Position numbers and translations under genes: made by a program
NCBI GenBank assembly: GCA_004431415.1
Contig: QPMI01000221.1
Location: 1 to 64,000 of the forward strand
Direction of reading: 5' to 3'
DNA: 64,000 nucleotides
From: Cyanophora paradoxa CCMP329
Taxonomy: Eukaryota; Plantae; Glaucophyta
In this document: piece after piece, positions 1-13,447 of the stretch
Layout: each line of letters starts with the position of its first letter
How positions within the stretch are numbered: position 1 is the first letter of the stretch
The notes under the pieces: model-generated
The model's database searches: none
What the model was told of the DNA's origin: nothing
The model's input: the letters and a program-made list of their open reading frames with translations, nothing else

Positions 1-2696
1 AGACTGTTCGCCGCATGCGAAGCCGGACTTGCCATCGTCCCCCTCGAGCTCCCCGCCGGCCTTGCTGACATTGCACTGGCTACGATGGACGGCTTTCCCG
101 GCTTCAAACCAGCAGAAGACGAACCCCAGGCCATGCCCAGCTCTCGGGGGATCTCTCACGTGCCGCGCACTCGACGGCCACTTGGGCCTCCTCCGCGGTG
201 AGCGTGTACCCCCGTTGCGGGCGAGCTTGAGCTTCTCCTCCAGTGCCTTTTCCAGCATACGCCTGCTCCGGTCGACGAGTTCCCCGACACTCGATGTGGT
301 GAGACTCCAGGGCGGCTCCTTGTCCTTTGCGGGCGGGGACGCGGGGAGTCGCTAGCGCTAGCGCTTGGCGGTTGCACGTCGGAGACGAGGTCCGCCAAAT
401 GACATTCCGGGGGAGTGAAGATTGCCCAACCGCACATGATTGGTGCAGGCGCAGCACTGGATCTCCGTGTCGGCGTCAATTGGCCTCCGCTCTGCACGCA
501 CGCAAAAGCATGTTAATTGCTTGCCAACTAGCCCTCTGCTTGTCTGGAACGAGAGGCGTGCGTCGACGTCGACGTTTGCATTCTAGAAACACAAAGGTAG
601 ATATCGATGGCACGCCGCCCGCGGCCGGCTCTAGATATGCAGCAAGCGCTGGATGTCCATTTAGCGAGCAGGTGGATTGTATATATGAGCGCACCGTGCG
701 TTTGTTCTTCGCCGATTGTACGAGCTCGCGACAATGCTCCAAGCAAACGATGTGGGCTTGACCATGACATAGCACGTGAAGGATGACATAGTCCTCGGCC
801 TTTTGACCGACCATGTCTCGGGATTGATCAGTTGCAGGGCGCAAGCCCGTGATCTTGTCGCGTCGACTCCGGAGAGGTACGTCGCCCGAATGCGAGCGGA
901 GATCAGCTCGTCATGGGAAGGGGGCTCCTTCAGAGGGCGAGCGGAGGAAACGCTCCAGATCGAAATCGACGGCGTCTTCTTGCGCAAGTTGAACCGGAGG
1001 GCGGCTCTCGCGGACGGTGCCTGCATCTGTTGCGTACGAAAGTCATTCGTCTCGCGCACCTTCAGCTTGTTGCGGAGGAAACGTCAAGCGGTAACATTGG
1101 GGATTCGAATTCGGGAACAGGAACGCAAACTTAGACTCTTCGTCGGCTTAAGGTCGGCGTGGGGAGATTTGAATTATTGGAGGCAACCGCTTGATTTGAC
1201 ACGCAAGACGTTTGCGATTGATCATTTATAAGGAATGCAAGATTTAAGAAACACTGGATGCCAGCTGCAGGCTGCAATTGTACAACTAGCACGTCGATTC
1301 GCAATTGATCGTGTATGAGCGCAGAAGGATCGCGAGTACTAGTTCGATTCAAATCAAAGGTAACCAAATCAGGCCACACGTGCACGGACCGAGATATTCG
1401 GCAACGAATGTCCCAAACGTCATGGGCTGAAAATCGCGAATCGTCTCCTGGAGGAGAGCAAGCGAACGATGGTAGAACAGTCGATCAGGAAGGCCAGTTC
1501 GGGGATGCCAGCCCGACGTCGACTCGCTGAAATGCCATAGCGTATTGTCGCTGCGATACATGTGCGAAAGGAAGCCAACTGCGTCCACGACCGAGACGTT
1601 GCGGAGATGATCGAGCTTGCTCATAACAGGGAATAGCAGCTGAAAATCGTTCGCATAAATCGTAGCGCCGACAGAACAAGGCGCGTCACGATGGAGATGA
1701 GACATTCGATACGATTTCGAACTCTTTATTTTCCGCGTCTCGGTGCCACCGGTCTGTGCACGTGTGCTTTGATCGTACAATTCCACAGCAGCATGAAGCG
1801 ACTCGGCCGCAATTGTCAGCAGTCGCTTTTTGCAACATACACACGGATCGCGATCGCGGGCGTCCAGCGTACGCAGCGAGGATTCGAATTCGTTGAAGTC
1901 GACGATTTCCTCGTTAATGAAATCCTGCAGACACGTTACAATTGGCGAAAGTTACAATTATATCGAGCCAAATCGAACTTCAGCAGTACTAGTTAGCTTG
2001 GTGTCAGATGCATGCGCATATATGCGCGGCATGCAGATCTAGATCTACTTCCAACCGATACATGAGTTCAATACAACGCACCTTTGCCGTTTGGCGGTAA
2101 AAGGACAAGATGTGAGCGCAGTCTCCAGAGTGCGCTGCTTTGATGACACGAACGAGAGTAACAAGAACGCCGAGTTCATGATCCCTCTTGGAAATTGCGT
2201 CTGCGGCTCAATTGATATGCACAACGTATACATGTGCCCGTGGGGAGTTAATTCAGAACGACGCACGTGCACCCTTGGTAACATACGCTGCCCGTAAAGT
2301 GGAAAAGCTCGCGTCTCGATCTGGGGGAGGTAACGGTGTAGAAGCCCGAAGCAGCAGGTTTTTCCGAGGTCCCTCGTTCCAGAAGAAGACCCGATCGACA
2401 AAGCCAGCCTCAAGAGGGACGCGTGCGAGTATGTTGTAACCATTTATCACGGTTGGGATGAGCAATCTGTTGGAAATCTCCATGAGCAGATCCGGAACGA
2501 TTGAACCGCGACCCGCTGCAATTGCCGTCAGAAAATTGTCGAGCTCCTTGGCGTTGTGGATGAGCGCGTTCAGAGCCGCGGCGGATACGTAGGACAGGGC
2601 TTTTCCGGGCGCGAGGGGTTCCTTTAACACGGTTGAGATGCTGAGAAAGAGCAATTTTAGCAGCTCGACTGCGGGTGGGTAGTCTTGCTCCCGCAT
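1..2696 (-). CDS. Hypothetical multi-exon protein (exon-like ORFs, lower GC than neighbours); 3' end may lie outside window
   Basis: Protein-like minus-strand ORFs at 2253-2696 (MREQDYPPAVELLKLLF...), about 1349-1924 (DFINEEIVDFNEFESSL... continuous with ORF 1349..1786), 476-1059 and 104-457. No family motif recognised; exon structure not resolved. Confidence 0.3.
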
Positions 2697-3099
2697 CTCA
2701 AGCAGCAGAGGGCCGAGAACACTGCTCCAGCATGCAGCCGCCTTTTCAAGTGCAAACTTCGACTGTACAGTGCGTACGTATCAGAGAACGCAGATGCCGA
2801 ATCCATGGTCTGCATTTGTGCGCACCTTTATATTATTCAAATATGACTGGAAGCGCTCATCGCGATCGAGCCGGGTCTGCAGCACGGACCCGGGCCCGGA
2901 AGGCCCAGCTGCAGGTGCGGTACCTCCTCAAATTCCAGCCGATTAAACTGCGAAACAAATTCGAGATATCATTCGGTTTCTGCGAGTGCAACGCTTTCGC
3001 ATGTACATGCGTAAGTGCACGTAGGCCGATATGTGCCTATATACCGAAAATAGCTGCAGGCGCTTGCTCTTGAATTAAAAGGATTTTAGATAAAAAGAA

Positions 3100-3420
3100 C
3101 TAGACGTTATATTCACTCTTCGAATTAGCAAGACGTGCCTGCGAGAGAATCAAATGGATGATTGCAAAATAGGGTCCACGTCGCTTTTGATACGTATTTG
3201 GATTGACAGTTAACGTTGTAGCGTCATCGGAAGGGATAGCGGTAGCGACAGATGAAGACTTGTCGATCGCGAGGCCAAAGTTTTGAAACTGGACGCCGAC
3301 GATCATGTCGCTCTCCGAGATAGAGGTGCGATCGTGCAGCTGCTCCAAGTGCTCCTCGGAGAAGTCATAGCGACTGATGCAGCTGAAGGCATCCAGGAGA
3401 TTTAGAACAACACGCCCGAT
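3100..3420 (-). CDS. Hypothetical protein 3' exon
   Basis: Open frame VLNLLDAFSCISRYDFSEEHLEQLHDR...SEYNV* followed by AT-rich sequence; no motif. Confidence 0.2.
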   Translation of the reverse strand: MGRVVLNLLDAFSCISRYDFSEEHLEQLHDRTSISESDMIVGVQFQNFGLAIDKSSSVATAIPSDDATTLTVNPNTYQKRRGPYFAIIHLILSQARLANSKSEYNV

Positions 3421-4079
3421 TCGCGCTTTGAAATTTCGTCTCGCGGTTGGAAATCAACAAGCGAAGGAAGCAGATTGATCTGACAATTGGCAAGTGCATG
3501 AATGAAAGGATGGTGCACGTTCATAACCAGCCGCCGACTGTGCCAATCCGGCGCACTGCGGCATCGAAATCGAATACCGGTTGTTAAAAGCGTGCACGTA
3601 CGCGTGTGGAATTGAATGCTTATACGGATAGTTTCATTTGGTCATAGGAAACCGATCTAGAACGAAGATAAGACGTGCGCATACACGGACGCATGTGCAT
3701 GCGAGCATTTTGAAATGATAACATTTGGAATCGGGATCCGATGATCCAACCGTTCGGTTGGAGCGCGAGCGAATCGGCCGCGGACCGGGCGTCTAATCTC
3801 AAATATGTTGGACAAATATTGTATATGGTGCGTAATTATTGAACGCAGAGATATATGCCGCGAGCTGAGCACCGTGAGCGAATTCGCCACCAGTGGATCC
3901 GGAGTCGCACCCGTGCACGTACCCGTCTGAGATAGCGACCCCTGGGCATGCATATGCATGTGCACAGACATGCACACGCGCGCGTGAGTATTGTGCACAA
4001 ATCACGATCACGTTCAATGCACGATTTTTTATTATAATAATAGTCATAATTGATTGCGGATCGTATTTTGTTTGAGAGA

Positions 4080-5696
4080 CTATAGCTACGGTGGGACGGA
4101 TCGCAGCTATAGGCGAGCTTGAAGAAACGATGCACGCACGCACCTCCAGAAGCAACGTTCCAGCGCGAGTTGCGGGGATTGGAGCGCTTGCAGTTGCAGC
4201 TGCCAGCACCGCGAACAAGAATGGCAAAAAGGGTTTCAACAGCACTCGGCTCGAGAGTTGAGACCGTGAAGCGACTGTGGGCGAAGCGGTACTCGCAGGA
4301 ATTCGAATGATCTCGCCATTCCAACGTGGCGAGGTCGATACCATAAAACGTCTCGTCGGGAGAGAGGGATTCCCGGAGGTAATCATCGGAGAGGCGCCGG
4401 CGTAGGCCTCCACGAGCTCTGTAGCCCATGGCGAGGGCGAAGCTGTAGCCACCGCGCTGCTTGGGGCAGGCCCCCGAGCGAACAAGCTGATCGACGGTCT
4501 CGATGTAAGCCCCGAGGCGGCTCTGAGCGTGACGCGTCTTGATGCAGCCGGCGTACGTCCCGGCGTACACCGCAAGGAGGAGGGCCCGTCCGTGCCCCGC
4601 ATCGACCGCCGCCCCCGCCTCCAGAAGCTGAGCGACAATCTCCCTCCGCCCCCCGGCAGATGCGGCGGCCAGGGCGAGGTCTAGCTGGGCAGCCCGATCC
4701 GCCGCCCCCCGCACGGAGTGCGCGTCGCCGGCGGTACCGGCAACAGCGGTCGCGAGCTGCTCGGCAACGCGGGCCGCGTCGCCCTTGAACGCTGCGAAAG
4801 CCAGCTCGGAGCTCAGAACGCAGGCGGCGAGCTCGATGTCCAGACCGCCGAGCGCTCCGATGTTGGTCCCGACCGTGCCCTCGGGAACAGAGGTATTGTG
4901 CAGTCGGGTGCAGTACGAGAAGAGGCCCTCGGTCAGCTGCTTGAGCGCCTCGTCGCAGTCGCGCGGGGCCATCCACAGCGGAAGGTCCAGCTTGGCGCCG
5001 CCCAGATCCGGAGGCCAGATGAGCGGAGGCTCGGCCATTTGCATGTCCGACAGCAACTCCATCTGGTTCGTTTTCAGAATCGACAGCCTGGGGAAAAATC
5101 CTGCTTGTGAGACCTCGCGTTCGAGAGTATGGACTCGCGAGCGCACACGCGATGGTGAAGTACTATATATAGATAGAACAAGCCTTTATACTAATTCATT
5201 TTTAAGCTAAACCCGTTGAACGTTAACTAGCTGCATATATAGGAGCCTAGATCGGGCGAGCGAGACGACGCCACGGCCAGGAACTGGAGCTGCAGCTGCG
5301 CATGCGCACGCTGCGGCGCTAGACACATGTACAGCGATAGCTGCGGGGAAAATATAGAGATCTAGAGTCGGTAAGCCTTGAAGGTGGTCCTAGGCCTAAA
5401 GATTCAGAGGACTGCAAACGCAAACGCAGCCCGCGCTTACCAGCGCCAAAGGCAATCTCCGGCGTCCTGGACCTCCAACAGGTGCCGCAAGGGGGCTCGC
5501 GGGTCGAAGTCGGGATCCGCGAACAGGCCTGGGTCGCGATTCGCCCATGCACGTGCAGGAGGCCAGGTGCGGGTCCAGATCCTCCTTCGAATTCCACGCG
5601 TACGGCCGGCTCATCCTCACGGTTGATCATGCGATGAAGCACGTCGTCGACGTCCGGGCCGCCCTCCGTAAGAGCCGGTACGCACGCATCGGACAT
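4080..5696 (-). CDS. Ankyrin-repeat-containing protein (3' end uncertain)
   Basis: ORF 3836..5146 contains LDLALAAASAGGRREIVAQLLEAGAAVDAGHGRALLLAVYAG and TVDQLVRSGA, which match the ankyrin consensus. Probable upstream exons run from ATG 5696 (DVDDVLHRMINREDEP...) to a GTAAG donor near 5439. Confidence 0.55.
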
Positions 5697-5799
5697 GGTA
5701 CCGGCCGCGGGAGACCTGCGCGCGCTGACATGAGCTTCGAGGTCGCGCGCGCGAACATGGACCGATCGATATCGGAAGCCGCTGAGCTTGATCAATGAT

Positions 5800-8480
5800 C
5801 ATGAGCCGCTGATCATGAGCCGGGCACTGCTAACGCTATAGCTAGTAGCGTTCCGAAAGTTTGGGATCCGTGCACGCATCACTAGTGCTGATTATGAGTC
5901 ATGGCATGCATATGTCACAGTGTGTATGGATCGGACCGTCGGACGTCAATTGCAACTCTCATGCATATGTATACGTATAGCATGTAATCCGGCCCGGCGG
6001 CCCATGCCATCATGCCATGATGCCAAATGCATGTATATCATGTGTGCACGTGTGACCGCGCGGCCCGGGGCCCGCGGCCGGCAGTATACGTTTATATACG
6101 TATATTTGAGTGAAGTTATGTGTGTAATTATAAGACTCAGTGAGATGCGGTTGCGCATGCATGTATATGCCGCATATGCATTGCGCAGGCCTAGCCTGAC
6201 GGCAACAGGCTCGTTCTTTCCGAAGTTCTATCATAGTATATAGATATGTGTGTGTGGCTATCTCGGTACTGCGCATGGTGCTCGGGGGGTAATTCTAGAT
6301 CTAGCCGCGGCGGCCGCGGGCGCCGCAGCCGCCGCTACGTATACGCACCGAATTCCGAAAGTTCGAAACGGTGTTACGGTCCCGCTGCCAGGCTGCCCAG
6401 CGTCGACAGAAGCCCAAGCCGAAGCCACCAGAGAGTATAGATAACCGTCGAACTGCCGCGAGTCACGGTCAGGGGTCCGACGGTCGACGTCGCCGCGACT
6501 CGCCGGGGTCGGTCGCGGCAGTACACTGTGACAATAGCTCTAGCGCGCTAGCTCAGAACGCGGCTGCTGTGCCGCAGTACCGAACGTTAACTTGAAAGCT
6601 TGAACTTCGGAAAGCCTTGAAGCTAGCTATATATAGAAGCCTTGAAGGCTTCGAGCTCGAGTTCGGATTCTGACTTCGGAAGCTCCGAGGCTCACGTACA
6701 CGGCCGGGACGGGGGGCCGCGGACCGTGGCACTGGGGTCCACTGTGGGGGCCAGTAGGCGCGCCGCCAGCTGCAGTGCCCGCCATGGCCAGTGGCCAGTG
6801 GCCAGTGGCCACTGCCAGGCTGGGGCGCCAGTGTCCGGCGGCCGCGCCCGGCCACGCCGCCACGCACCGTGAGTGACGCACGGCACCGTGCACGTGGCCC
6901 GTGGGTCCGTGACGAGCCCGGCGAGTCACAGACTCGCAGAGTCAGGCCGACCCAGGCGGACTCTGCCAGTCTGGCCGCGGGCTGGGCCGCCTGCCAGGCT
7001 GGGCGGGCCATAACTTACTAAGTTAAGCTTGCCGGTGGTACTACGTATACGGTATACAGTACTAGTATACTAGCTAAAGGCTACTACTTGAAAGGCTAGT
7101 ACAGTATAATTATATAATTCATTACGCCGTGACGATCGCGAGGCGAGCCTCGAGCTCGGAGTGACCGCGACTCCGCGAGTCATCAATGACTCATCATCAG
7201 AGTTGACAGAGTAATGTGATCACCGTGGCACTGATCAGTGATCATGAGTCTGACACTCTGAGTGAGTCACGTCCCGGAGTCCGACGGTCCGACGGTCGAC
7301 TTCACTGAGTCAAGGCCGAGTTTCGCGCAACGTCAACTTGGCAAGCTTTCAAGTTTAAGCCTTGAAGTTGGCGGCGCAGTACTAGTACTAGTGCGGCCAC
7401 GGTGCTCTCTCCTGAGTCTCTAGTAGTACTGTAGGACGGCTTAAATTGCCGTAGTTTTAAATTGCCGTAAAGTTTTTTTTTGAGAGACTACGGTGGGGCG
7501 AACCCCCGTAGGTAGTGATATTAAGGACAACAAAGCAATCACAAATTGCCGTAAATTGCCGAGAGGCTGAATTCGGCTACTCTCTAGTACCCCTAAGAAT
7601 TCTCGGCTTTACAGACGAGAAATATTCATTAATACATATTTGTGTTTCACGTTTTTGCATATATAATAATTGGTAGAGGCGCGCGGCGCCACCGTGGCAC
7701 GCGCATCATCGGCGGCGATTCGGCGCATGCATGCGATCATGATCATTCAAATGACGCACTGACTCAGTCATTATTGCTATGATGCTGGTCCATTGCTGGA
7801 TTGATGCATGAAATGCCATGAATGGGCCATTGGGCGGCGGATGGCGCCGCATGTGCAATTTTTACTACCGTGTAGCCTGCGGTGTAGGGAGTCTACCGTA
7901 GTACCGGTCGGGACTCTAGGGAGTCAGCCCGGCGGCCTGGCAGGGAGTCAGGGACGCGCCGCGCCGGCCCGCGCGCGCGGTGCGGCAAATCACTGAGTCT
8001 GACGGTCATTTGCTGAGAAGTTGCCAAGTTGATTTGGTCCCCGCCGAGTCGGCGCCGAGTCGCCGCCGAGTAATACGCCGGCGCCGACTCCCCGGGCCCC
8101 GGCGCCGCCGGGCCGGCGGGCTGGTCCAGACTGTACTACGGTAGCTACCGGTAGCTATCATAGTATATAGTACAGACTGCTGTACAGCAGTACAACGGAC
8201 TCTAGTACGGTACCGGCCCGGCGGTACTACGGTAGTAGTACCGTAGTACGGACTCCGGGACTCCCGGACCGGGGGTCGTAGACTCGTACGCGTAGAATCG
8301 TAGTAGTGTCATGATCACATGTACAGTATACATGACACTATAGCTACCGCCGGCCGTACTACGGTAGTACTACATGTACAAAACTACGTCATGTAGTACG
8401 GACCCTACGGACCGGCTACGTTAAAGGGTACCACTGTACAACTAGTACCACTAGCTAGCCTAGTAGCGGCTAGTACTAGG
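5800..8480. repeat. Low-complexity intergenic tract rich in short palindromes (GTAC, TAGCTA, ACTAGT, TGGCCA, TACTACGGTAGTA)
   Basis: Directly visible, e.g. 8130-8480 and (TGGCCAG)n at about 6784-6812. Confidence 0.6.
7429..7613 (+). mobile_element. Relic of CTGTAGG-TIR MITE family (AAATTGCCG subrepeats)
   Basis: TA+CTGTAGGACGGCTT start, repeated AAATTGCCG and GAGAGGC.GAATTCGGC, shared with copies at 34791-34990 and 35285-39522. Confidence 0.65.
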
Positions 8481-9989
8481 GTAATAGCCTGCATGCGCAG
8501 GCTGCAGGCTCAGCGGCTGCAGCCACCGCGGGCCGCGGCGCGAATGGAGCTCAGCGGCTGCCTCCGCTGGAGATTTAGAGTTGGGGTCACGATCTGGGCT
8601 GCCCGGCAGCCCTGCCAGGCTGCTGGGACTTGCAGGCGTCGGCGAGGCCTCCGCCGTCGCCGTGCTCGCGGCACAAGCCCGCACGGTCGCTGCGATCGGT
8701 CCCAGCCTCCTCCCGGTACCGGTGCGCTCCCTGCGCATCTCCGGTGGCTCCAGCGCTAGCGCCGACCCCATGGCCACCTCGTCGTCCTCGCCGCCCGCCG
8801 CCTCGGCTGGCCCGCCCCGGACCCGCGCGTGCTCCCCTGCCCTCTCCTCGAGCCCGCCGTTGGTCGCCGCCCTCCCCAAGATCTAGAGCGCCGGCAGAGC
8901 GACGCAGCCGGGGGCGGGGCGGTGGCGGGACGTGTCCGACGACGCGCTCGTGGCCCTCCGGAGCGTCCCCACGGCCCTTTGTCTCCGTCTAGGATCGCTG
9001 AGGCATGTCTCTCTCCTGGCGGGCGGCGGCAGGGACGCGGGGGCGGGGGAGGCGGCCGACGGGCCCGGCGAGCCGCAAGATGCCCCGTACGCCCCCGTCC
9101 CCTGCCCCCCCCTACCCCCCCCCCCCCCCCTCCCCCCATCTCTTGAGCGCTCGCCGAGGGCCGCCCCGCGCGGCGGCAGGGGCCCGGAGCAGCCGGAGGA
9201 GGAGGGCGCACCGCCGTCCAAGCGCCGATGAAGGGAGGCGGCCGCGGACGGGGGTACGGATAGTCCAGATCCGGCGCGGCGGGCGCCAGACGGGGTGCGA
9301 TCGAGGACGAGGAGGCGGCGGGGTGATGCGGGGCGGGGGAGGGGGAGGGGCAGGAGCGCGGCCGGGGCGGACCGGCTGCGGGCCCTCTGGGCGCGTACGC
9401 GTACGCCGGTAGCGGCGTCGGATTTCGTTTTCCTCTTTCGAGACGTCGTTTCCTCGGATAGGGCCCCTCTCGTTCACAGGCTAGGTGCTGGCCCGCAGCG
9501 GGGCCCCGAGCGAGGGCTCGGTTCCTGTGCGCCTTCATTGAATGTCTCAATAATGCATGACGTCGACACGAGATGCGCAGACACGGCCCCTTTCATTTGC
9601 GACACTGTAGCCGTTATGATTTGCATGAAGCTGTACAATTTCTTTGTTTCGGATGTATGATATTCGCGCGCGCCTGCTCATCTATACTTCTACATGAATC
9701 TTCTACTAGGCTAGTCAGTCGACGTCAGGGGCCTTTTCTTCTGCTTTAATTTCAATTTCGCATGCTACGAGGTACATTTCACGGTTCTCGTGCTGCAAAA
9801 GCCTCAACTTTCGCGCCTTTTCAGGGAACCGTAGTAGTACAGCATAGCAGTGATACCGTTGCCGTTGCAGCGCCAAAGCCAGTCTCCGGCCCGAGGCTCT
9901 CGAGCTCTTTTTCGCGAATGAATACCATAGTATTAAATTTATCCGAATGCAGAGACGAGTTGCAGCCTCTCATTTTTCCGTTTCTGCAG

Positions 9990-10586
9990 CTAGCCCGTAG
10001 GGAGGCAGTCATCCGCCGACTGGAAGCGGAGGCCGGCATCGCGGGCCGCCTCTGCGAGTTTCTGCATGCACGCCACCTTGCGCGCGAGGCCTCCCGAGGC
10101 CTTTTTAACCCTCATCTCGCACACGCGGGCCGATGCCGCGTCCTTGAACCCGTAGGCGACCGCGACGAGGCGCCACGGGCCCCTGCCGCGGCAGAACGAG
10201 TTCTTGATCGAGCCCGTAAAGTGCTCGTGAAGGCGGCGCTTCAGGTTGGTGGTGGAGCCCGTGTAGCTGACCTTGCCATTCTCCAATATGTACACGGCGG
10301 GGCTCGACCCCACGAGAACGACGAGGGGGTCCTCCGCGAGCTCGAGGGCAGAGGGGGAGCTCGCGCTCGCCGGGGCTGCGGCCGTCGGCGATGCTGCAGA
10401 GCGCGTGGCGCGCACGTGATCGAGCACGGCGCACGCAGCTCGCTCCGTCTGCGTCGGCGTCGACGTCGACGTCGCGATCGGCGGCAGCGGCAAGCTTAAG
10501 CCGCCGGAAGCGGGCGTATGCACGGTCTCGAGTTCGAGGCTTGCTTCGAGATCCGCCCCATCGCGATCGCCTGCAGCAGGATCCAT
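9990..10586 (-). CDS. Stand-alone GIY-YIG nuclease (SLX1/UPF0213-like), intronless
   Basis: AVYILENGKVSYTGSTTNLKRRLHEH...SFCRGRGPWRLVAVAYGFKDAASARVCEMRVK: VY..YTG, conserved Arg and His, and the metal-binding Glu. Confidence 0.9.
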   Translation of the reverse strand: MDPAAGDRDGADLEASLELETVHTPASGGLSLPLPPIATSTSTPTQTERAACAVLDHVRATRSAASPTAAAPASASSPSALELAEDPLVVLVGSSPAVYILENGKVSYTGSTTNLKRRLHEHFTGSIKNSFCRGRGPWRLVAVAYGFKDAASARVCEMRVKKASGGLARKVACMQKLAEAARDAGLRFQSADDCLPTG

Positions 10587-11783
10587 AGATACCTATATAT
10601 CTATTACTATATATATTGCCAAGAACCAGAGACGATGAGCCCTGCCCCGGCAATTTGTTTTTATTTATGTGTCCGGCCGGCCAGGCCCTCAATGGCCCAG
10701 CCCGCCAGCTGACAGTGACCCCGGCGATATGATGGCGATATCGATGTCGATCCTTAGGGCCTGTGCCGGTGTGATCGCGGTCTTTTAATCGAGAGCACGC
10801 CGCGCCAAGCTTAAGCCTGAATCGGTACTCGGGACGGGAATTTCGATAAGGTTCTTCGCCATACATGTCCAACCGAAATTCTAGCGGAGCACAGCGAACG
10901 ATTGGCGCGAAACTGAGCACGTCTGAAGTGCAGTTTAGAGCAATCTAGAGCAGGGAGATTTTGGGTTTCGCGCCAATGTCTCGCCGTGCAGAAGTTGGCC
11001 TCGGGGGTCGCTGCGCCCCGGCCCCCTCTTCAGCCCTCGACAGCGCAAGGCAGCTCAAGGCCCGCCCAGGCCCCCCCGCTCCCCCCAACTGCCCTTCCCG
11101 GGACTCGAACGCTGGGGCAATAAGACGCCGGCCGGGCGCGCTGCTAGCTCGGCTAGCTCGCCGCGAAACTGGCCTTTTCCTCGTCGCTTTTGTATGGCCA
11201 TACATCTAGGAAAATTTCGTACCGCATCCGCACGAAACTGAGCCTTATTCTAGCATCAAGATGCATACTAGCTAGTATTAAACGCTTCAGTTTCTCGCCA
11301 ATCGCTTTCCATTATTTTATCCAGCCAAATCGACCAGACAATCCTAGAGTTGACACTCGCCGTAGATATAATGCTTTCGAACTGGTATTCGCTGGATTCC
11401 GGGTTTTATAATCATGTGCGCACGTACTACGGTATACGTAGCTACTGACTCTGAGGTCCTTTTCATTTTGAATCGATCTAATTATAAAGCAGTCACGTTG
11501 ACGTAAGCGTCGACATATGCAGTTGAATCCGAATTCTATTAGTATTAATTTCATGCGACTCGCCACGGCGTCCGACGGTCGGTGATTTGGTTTTTGGTGA
11601 ATTCAATGCATATGATTACCGGCCACAGTCTCTAGACACCAGCACTGCGGGGGCTGCCCAGGGGCACAGTGAAGTTTTAGATGCGCATAAGTGTCCGAAT
11701 TCGAATATATAAATACAACACTGTAACACGGGCGTACGCGTGTGAGTCTATTAATTACAAACAATGCCCGTGTATGCGACCAG

Positions 11784-13447
11784 CTAGCTGAAGGGGGCAT
11801 ACGGAAGGAGAAAAATGCTGTATCCAGAAGCGCTCGGTACAATGACGGCGCGCTCGTCCGCCGTGAAGCGCACGCCGCGGTGCACGGCGATCGAACCCTC
11901 AGCGCGAAAGGGAACACGAAAGGGCCCCGCCCGCAGCCCTCGAAAAGGCCAGACGACCTCTACCGATGCCATACTACGGCCGTGGGTCGACAGGGGGCGT
12001 TTGTAGAAAGCAAGAACAGAGCGGCTTGGGGTTGTGCACATCACGATAGAGACGGGAATCCCGAGGACTTCGAACAGGTCGTCCCTGACAAGCGTCTCGC
12101 TTACGCTTTGCGTGAGCTCCCATGCATTCGTCTTCGGATTGAAGGGGCGCCACGAAGAGGGACCTGTTGGAAGGCCCACGATGTAAAACGAATTTTGAGA
12201 GACATCGAGATAACCCTCGCGCCCCGGGGCAGACCACGTGGAAGGCAAGTCCGCGAAGATCGGTGTGAGCGTGGCGACGCGATGCCGCACTGGCTCCCAC
12301 ACGAACGAGCTGGTTTGACACACGGCGAGCACGCGGCTCTCCCCCGCAGGGGCCAAAAAGCGAATCGAGATGACATCGCGAAGGGTTGACCGGGGATCCC
12401 GAACCTCGGATGTGCCCGCGCACAGCGTGTAGCGAGCTGCCCACCACCAGTAGACGTGCTTGCGACTGGCGGAATGCACGATCCACGGGCTCTCATCTTT
12501 TGGACCCTGAATGCGGGGCCAGGGCCCGGGAAAGAAAAGTTGCCCGCGACCGCGCGTCACGTTTTCGCGGTCGGGCTCGTAAATTGCAACCGAGTTCGTG
12601 TACTGTAACCAAAGGCGCCCTGAGGGGTCGCGCGCCATATCGACCAGCCAGGCGTGCGAGTTACGAAAAACGGGGGTCCATCGACCGGACTCCAAGTCCA
12701 CGACGTGAATTGTTTCGCTCCCTCCGACGGCCAGGCCGACGTGGTTTTCATCGATGGCAACAATTCGCCGCACTCGCTTTTGAGGTATTATCGTGAGTGC
12801 GCTCGACGTCAGGTCCTTTGTCTCGCTAGGAGGTCCGCCCCGGACGGAATTACCCTGTATCGACCCTCTCGATACAAGGCGACGCGCCCATCCGGCAGCC
12901 CAAACACGATGCCAGGAGCTCCAAATGCAGGAGCCCAGCTCGGAGCCCCTTTAATGGAGGGAGCCGCGTCGCGCTCATGATCGCCGACGCCTTGCAGAAG
13001 AGAAACGATGCGGTACTCATCGGTCTCGTAGCTGTGCACAACGGCCCACTCGCCGGAGGCCGCGAGGATAAGCGAGCCGCTCTCTCCTGGGGACAAGATG
13101 GGCAAGGCGAGAATGGCGGGTCGAGGCGGTCGGAAAAGCAGCCCGAGATCGGCAGGCATAGGGGCGGCCCGCCCCGCCTTGTGAAACACGGGATAGAGGC
13201 ATCGCGTCATCTCTCCCGCGTCGACCGAACCGAATCGCGTCCGGGCGGATAGCCTCTTGGAGCAGATGGAAGCGAGCACGGCTGGGTCGGCCCGCAATAG
13301 TACGGCGATTGCAGAATCGGGTGCGAAAGGAAGGTCAGCGTCCACGTCTTCCGCAAAACCAGACACAGTTTTGCACGAGAGAGTGGATTGCGCATATGCG
13401 TGCCATACGCAAGCCCATGAGGAGCTGCAGGAGGCCGGATAAGGCAT
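11784..13447 (-). CDS. Intronless beta-propeller-like protein (about 550 aa; one frameshift near 12840; start uncertain)
   Basis: ORFs 12809..13804 and 11784..12773 join if one G is added to the GGGG run (…IPSGGGPPSETKDLTSSALTIIPQKRVRRIVAIDENH…). Beta-strand blade-like segments include IVFGLPDGRVALY, TIHVVDLESGRW and LVDMARDPSGRLWL. Confidence 0.5.

Noticed and set aside
8460-9550. Possible small gene (…EEEGAPPSKRR*)
   Set aside because: GC-rich overlapping ORFs with no motif or consistent exon structure; cannot be supported.
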